Shown: positions 59,484 to 64,000 of the stretch, piece by piece
Layout of the letters: every line of letters begins with the position of its first letter
Numbering within the stretch: the stretch's first letter is position 1
Assembly (NCBI GenBank): GCA_903908245.1
Contig: CAIVRE010000029.1
Location: 14,266-78,265, forward strand
Length of the DNA stretch: 64,000 nt
Direction: 5' to 3'
DNA from: Candidatus Omnitrophota bacterium
GTDB taxonomy: Bacteria; Omnitrophota; Gorgyraeia; Zapsychrales; Fredricksoniimonadaceae
Program-made: the position numbers and the translations under genes
The notes under the pieces: generated by a model
Databases searched by the model: none
What the model was told of the DNA's origin: nothing
Seen by the model: the letters and a program-made list of their open reading frames with translations, nothing else

Positions 59484-59921
59484 TTAAATATCGAGAACTA
59501 CAGGCTTCTGCGCCGCGTGCGGATGCACGGTCCCGGCATAAACATACAATTTATGCTTGAGGCGTGCGCCAAGCTTTCCGTGCGGGATCATGCGCTGTAT
59601 CGCCAACTCAAGGATCTTTTCCGGACGCCGGGCCAACATATCCGAATAACGGATGCTCTTTAATCCCGAATGAAATCCGCTGTAACGGTCATAGAACTTG
59701 TCCGTCATCTTCTTGCCGGTCACGCGGATCTTCTCGGCATTAATGATAATAACATTATCCCCGGTATCCATATGAGGCGTAAATGTCGGTTTGGCCTTAC
59801 CGCGGAGAATCCCCGCGACCTTGGCGGCTAAGCGGCCAAGGACCTTCCCTTCGGCATCGACAATGTAAAATTTCTTAACGATCTGGTCTTTTTTCGGTAA
59901 CGTTGTTTTCTGAACTGCCAT
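59484..59921 (-). CDS. rplM: 50S ribosomal protein L13
   Basis: 'VDAEGKVLGRLA', 'KPTFTPHMDTGD', 'HPHAAQKP'. Confidence 0.98.
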   Translation of the reverse strand: MAVQKTTLPKKDQIVKKFYIVDAEGKVLGRLAAKVAGILRGKAKPTFTPHMDTGDNVIIINAEKIRVTGKKMTDKFYDRYSGFHSGLKSIRYSDMLARRPEKILELAIQRMIPHGKLGARLKHKLYVYAGTVHPHAAQKPVVLDI

Positions 59922-59963
59922 AGCTCTCTCTCTTGAAAGGATTCTCTTAAATAATGAGTGTAA

Positions 59964-59991
59964 AGTATAACACCCGCTCTTCGATTGTCAA
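59964..59991 (-). promoter_or_regulatory. Sigma70 promoter for rplM-rpsI
   Basis: Minus strand TTGACA-16 nt-TATACT with TG extension. Confidence 0.7.
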
Positions 59992-60004
59992 TCAGTATTT
60001 AGCA

Positions 60005-60745
60005 TCAATATTTGACTTCTTCCAAACAAAGCCCCTGGGGAACGGCCGCAACGCCCGCCGCGCGACGGTCCTTGGCACCCAGCATCTTGATCGCACTTCC
60101 AGGCGGAAAACGGCCGGACCCGATCTCCAGCAAAGTTCCGACAATATTCCGAACCATTTTGTACAAAAAACCGTCAGATTCGATCAAAAATACTACCATA
60201 TCCCCGCGCTTTTTGACCTCAAGCCGATAGATGGTGCGGATAGCGTCACCCTTCCTTGACGGATCAACATTGGCAAAACTGCTAAAATCCCTGCACCCAA
60301 TGAACGCTGCGGCCTCAGTTTTCATTAGACGGATATTCAACTTGCGCGGAAAGAAACAACAATGCCTGCGTAAAAGAGCGGACGAATAGGAACGGTTCAG
60401 GACGGTATAAGTATAGATCTTCCGTTTGGCGCTTAACTGGGCATGGAACCTGGCATCAGCTTCTTCCACAGACAGGACCGTAACATCCGTCGGAAGGTTA
60501 TAATTGAACGCCCGCTGGATCTCATCACAGGGCATGTCGGTGACCGCTCGAAAATGCGCCACCTGCCCCCGGGCATGGACCCCGCTGTCGGTGCGCCCCG
60601 AACCGATCACCGGGACCCGCTTCCTGAAGATCTTAAAAAGAACAGCTTCCAGCTCACCCTGAACGGTACGCCTGGCATTGGATTGCAGCTGCCAGCCGTT
60701 GAAATCTGTCCCGTCGTATTCAAGGGTCAGCTTAAACGTTTTCAC
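60005..60745 (-). CDS. truA: tRNA pseudouridine(38-40) synthase
   Basis: 'YDGTDFNGWQ', 'SGRTDSGVHARGQ', 'FLYKMVRNIVG'. Confidence 0.97.
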   Translation of the reverse strand: MKTFKLTLEYDGTDFNGWQLQSNARRTVQGELEAVLFKIFRKRVPVIGSGRTDSGVHARGQVAHFRAVTDMPCDEIQRAFNYNLPTDVTVLSVEEADARFHAQLSAKRKIYTYTVLNRSYSSALLRRHCCFFPRKLNIRLMKTEAAAFIGCRDFSSFANVDPSRKGDAIRTIYRLEVKKRGDMVVFLIESDGFLYKMVRNIVGTLLEIGSGRFPPGSAIKMLGAKDRRAAGVAAVPQGLCLEEVKY

Positions 60746-60748
60746 AGA

Positions 60749-61732
60749 TCAGATCATCTGGTATTCGACAAGTTTCTCCGCGATCTGGACAGCGTTAAGC
60801 GCCGCGCCCTTGCGGAGGTTATCAGAAACGACCCACAAGTTCAGTCCATTCGCAATAGACTCATCCTCGCGGATGCGGCCGACGAACGTTTCGTCCTTGC
60901 CGTCAGCAAGGATCGGCATCGGATAGATCTTATTCAACGGGTCATCAACAACCTTGACACCAGGCGCCTTTGACAGGAGCTCGATCGCTTTCGCGCGGGT
61001 CAATTTCTTTTCGGTTTCGATGTTTACGGACTCGGAATGTGAATTAAACACCGGGACCCTGATGCAGGTCGCAGTCACTTTAATGCCGTCATCATGCATG
61101 ATCTTGCATGTTTCATGCACCATCTTCATCTCTTCCTTGGTATAGCAATTCTCCTGGAAGACGTCGATCTGGGGAATAAGGTTATGCAGGATCTGGTACG
61201 CCAGCTTCTTGACGGTCATATCACCCTTGACCTGATGCTTCATCTCGTCGATCGCTTCAGAACCCGCGCCGGAAATAGCCTGGTATGTTGAAACCACCAC
61301 GCGCTTGATCTTCGCATAATCATGCAAAGGCTTAAGCGCAACCACCATCTGAATGGTCGAACAATTCGGATTCGCAATGATCCCCTTGTGCCACTTGACG
61401 TCCTCGGGATTTACCTCGGGAACGACGAGAGGGACATCCTTGTCCATCCGGAACTGACTGGTATTATCGATCACCACCGCGCCGGCTTTGGCCGCCACCG
61501 GCGACCAGATCTTGCTGATCTCGGCACCGGGAGAGCTCAGGACAATGTCAACGCCCTTGAAAACGTCCTCGTTAAGAGCAAGCAAAGGCAACCCGTTCAT
61601 CTCGCCCTTGGCCCCGCTGGGAGAGATCAGGCGCAATTCCTTCACAGGAAAATTCCGCTGTTTGACGATATCATACATGCATTGCCCGACAGCGGAACGC
61701 GCCCCTAAAATAGCAACAACATACTTCTTCAT
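60749..61732 (-). CDS. asd: Aspartate-semialdehyde dehydrogenase
   Basis: 'VPLVVPEVN', 'IANPNCSTIQ', 'STYQAISGAG', 'DNLRKGAALNAVQIAE'. Confidence 0.97.
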   Translation of the reverse strand: MKKYVVAILGARSAVGQCMYDIVKQRNFPVKELRLISPSGAKGEMNGLPLLALNEDVFKGVDIVLSSPGAEISKIWSPVAAKAGAVVIDNTSQFRMDKDVPLVVPEVNPEDVKWHKGIIANPNCSTIQMVVALKPLHDYAKIKRVVVSTYQAISGAGSEAIDEMKHQVKGDMTVKKLAYQILHNLIPQIDVFQENCYTKEEMKMVHETCKIMHDDGIKVTATCIRVPVFNSHSESVNIETEKKLTRAKAIELLSKAPGVKVVDDPLNKIYPMPILADGKDETFVGRIREDESIANGLNLWVVSDNLRKGAALNAVQIAEKLVEYQMI

Positions 61733-61749
61733 ACCAACCTCAATTATGA

Positions 61750-61777
61750 TGTCCCCCGTTCGATACCGCCGGGGACA
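61750..61777 (-). other. Intergenic stem-loop between leuB and asd
   Basis: TGTCCCC...GGGGACA inverted repeat; no strong U tract. Confidence 0.4.
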
Positions 61778-61782
61778 AGGAT

Positions 61783-62838
61783 TTATAAATGTTTAACCAC
61801 CAGATCGCCGACTTCCGTCGTGGAATAGCCCATCTTGCCCGCGGCAAGATCATCAAGCTTGGTCGTCACAACCGTCCGGATGGATTTTTCTATCGCCGTC
61901 GCCGCCGCCGTCTCGCCCACCTCATGAAGCAAAAGTGCTCCGGCGCCGATAGCCGCCAGCGGATTGATAATATTCTTTCCGGTATATTTTGGCGCTGACC
62001 CGCCGATCGGCTCAAACATTGACACGCCTTCGGGATTGATATTTCCTCCCGCCGCGATCCCCATGCCGCCCTGGATCATGGCCGCCAGATCGGTAATGAT
62101 ATCCCCGAACATATTATCGGTCACGATCACATCGAACCATTCCGGGTTCTTCACCATCCACATGGTGATCGCATCCACGTGCGCATAGTCCGTCTTGATA
62201 TCCGGATATTCTTTCCCAACCTGGTCGAACGTGCGCTGCCAAAGATCGAACGCAAAAGTTAAAACATTCGTCTTGCCGCACAGCGTGAGCTGTTTACGGC
62301 GGCTATATTTGCGCGCATATTCATACGCATAACGCACGCACCGTTCAATACCAAAACGGGTATTGATGCTTTCCTGAATGGCGACTTCATTTGGCGTATC
62401 TTTAAAAAGCTGCCCGCCCGCGCCGGCATAAAGCCCCTCGGAATTTTCACGCACAACGGTAAAGTTAATGTCCTCCGGCGTCTTGCCTTTCAACGGGCAA
62501 AAACGCTCGTCGAACAACTGGACCGGGCGCAAATTAATATACTGGTTAAGGTCAAAGCGCAGCTTGAGCAGGATCCCCTTCTCCAGAATGCCAGGCTTGA
62601 CATCCGGATGGCCGATAGCGCCAAGGAAGATCGCGTCAAAACCTTTAAGATCGCTCACCGCGGATGCCGGAAGCACTTCTTTGGTGCGCAAATACCTCTC
62701 TCCGCCAAAATCAAAATTGACCGTGTCATATTTGAACCCGAATTTTTGCGCCGCAGCCGCCATGACCTTTAAACCTTCACGGATGACTTCAGGGCCTGTT
62801 CCGTCCCCCGGGATGGTAGCGATCTTGTAGGAATTCAT
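61783..62838 (-). CDS. leuB: 3-isopropylmalate dehydrogenase
   Basis: 'IPGDGTGPEV', 'NLRP', 'VRENSEGLY', 'NMFGDIITD', 'FEPIGGSAP'; leuB-asd-truA synteny. Confidence 0.88.
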   Translation of the reverse strand: MNSYKIATIPGDGTGPEVIREGLKVMAAAAQKFGFKYDTVNFDFGGERYLRTKEVLPASAVSDLKGFDAIFLGAIGHPDVKPGILEKGILLKLRFDLNQYINLRPVQLFDERFCPLKGKTPEDINFTVVRENSEGLYAGAGGQLFKDTPNEVAIQESINTRFGIERCVRYAYEYARKYSRRKQLTLCGKTNVLTFAFDLWQRTFDQVGKEYPDIKTDYAHVDAITMWMVKNPEWFDVIVTDNMFGDIITDLAAMIQGGMGIAAGGNINPEGVSMFEPIGGSAPKYTGKNIINPLAAIGAGALLLHEVGETAAATAIEKSIRTVVTTKLDDLAAGKMGYSTTEVGDLVVKHL

Positions 62839-62887
62839 ACGTCTCCTTTATAAACGTCTACTTACCGGTCGACCCATCGGGTCGACC

Positions 62888-64000
62888 CTACTCTTTAAAT
62901 TTCGCGATGGCGATCGTGGCGTTATGGCCACCGAAGCCAAGTGAATTCGATATGGCCAGTTCAACGTTAGCCTTACGCGCCTGATTGGGGACATAATCCA
63001 GGTCACAATCGGGATCCGGCGTCGTATAATTAACCGTCGGGGGGATGATCTGATCGCGGATCGCGAGTACGCAAGCCGCACATTCAACCGCCCCTGCCGC
63101 CCCGAGCAAATGACCTGTCATGGATTTGGTGGAACTTACCGCCAGCTTGCGGGCATGATCGCCGAAAGCCTTGTGGATCGCCAGCGTCTCGATCTTGTCA
63201 TTCAGATAAGTCGACGTGCCGTGCGCGTTGATATAGTCAACCTCGTTCATCTTGCGTCCGCCCCAGCCGACCGCCTGCACCATTGAACGGGCCGCACCGT
63301 CACCGGAATCATCAGGAGCTGTGGAATGGAACGCATCCCCCGTCTGCCCATAACCTACCACCTCGGCCAGGATCTTCGCCCCGCGCTTTTTAGCGTATTC
63401 CAATTCTTCCAGAACAACAACGGCCGCGCCTTCGCCCATTACAAACCCGTCACGGTCCTTGTCGAAAGGCCTGCTGGCTTTTTCAGGCGCATCATTACGG
63501 GTCGACAGCGCTTTAAGCGCACAGAAACCGCCGATCCCAAGAACGGAAATAGCCGCCTCGGACCCGCCGGCAAAGGCCGCATCGATCTCGCCGTACTGGA
63601 TCATCTTGAACGCATCGCCGATACAGGTTGTCCCTGTCGCGCAAGCAGTAACAGAACAGGTGATCGGGCCTTTGGCGCCAATATCAATGGAAATATGGCC
63701 CGCCACTTCATTAATGATCATTTTTGTAATAAAGAACGGCGATATCCGGGTCGGCCCCTTATCAAGGAACCGCTGATACTCTTCCTCCGCCGCGCCAATA
63801 GCCCCTATCCCCGAGCCGACAACAACTCCGACACGCTCCGGATCGACCTCACCCATTTTGAAACTGGCGTTCGCCATCGCTTCACGAGCCGCCACTATCC
63901 CATATTGCACAAAGGGCGAGATCTTGCGGGCATCCTTGGGATTAAAATACGCTTCAGGGTTGTACCCTTTAAGTTCAGCCGCGAATTTTGTATCGAACAA
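62888..64000 (-). CDS. fabF: Beta-ketoacyl-ACP synthase II, 5'-truncated by the window edge
   Basis: 'TACATG', 'SRPFDKDRDGFVMGEG', 'YINAHGTST', 'SSTKSMTGHLLGAAG', 'SNSLGFGGHN'. Confidence 0.96.
   Translation of the reverse strand: MFDTKFAAELKGYNPEAYFNPKDARKISPFVQYGIVAAREAMANASFKMGEVDPERVGVVVGSGIGAIGAAEEEYQRFLDKGPTRISPFFITKMIINEVAGHISIDIGAKGPITCSVTACATGTTCIGDAFKMIQYGEIDAAFAGGSEAAISVLGIGGFCALKALSTRNDAPEKASRPFDKDRDGFVMGEGAAVVVLEELEYAKKRGAKILAEVVGYGQTGDAFHSTAPDDSGDGAARSMVQAVGWGGRKMNEVDYINAHGTSTYLNDKIETLAIHKAFGDHARKLAVSSTKSMTGHLLGAAGAVECAACVLAIRDQIIPPTVNYTTPDPDCDLDYVPNQARKANVELAISNSLGFGGHNATIAIAKFKE

Overview
A core-genome window from a diderm, LPS-producing bacterium, most likely Candidatus Omnitrophota (PVC group). 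The taxon is an inference from gene content and from a protein family I recognise from memory, not from a search. Sixty-one consecutive genes run on the minus strand: fabF-leuB-asd-truA, rplM-rpsI, argCJBDFGH-lysA-dapFABL-folK, aroK-dprA-topA, an inserted secreted protein, xerC, a lipid A/Kdo/heptose core LPS cluster with lptC/A-lptB, tig-clpP, serine genes, purA, an OmpA/MotB lipoprotein pair, uppS-cdsA-dxr-rseP, an orphan cpaF/tadA ATPase, proS-rimP-nusA-infB-trpS-scpA-ruvB-spoIID. A partial receiver-domain gene converges from the left edge. I found no rRNA, tRNA, CRISPR or IS element. The best candidate for an undescribed system is the 765-aa gene at 39743-42040, inserted between topA and xerC. 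It has a signal peptide, an ~300-aa N-terminal module ending in RRYFSGG, a second signal-peptide-like segment, a TM helix, an AT-rich cargo region and a C-terminal GGIDLN module, which suggests a constant-ends/variable-cargo export or effector family. Other oddities are an LpxL-ELM1 fusion, a GT4-GT9 fusion, a receiver protein inside the LPS operon, a PPIase-less trigger factor, a CcdA-like protein lacking the catalytic cysteines, and a probably leaderless aroK-dprA transcript.
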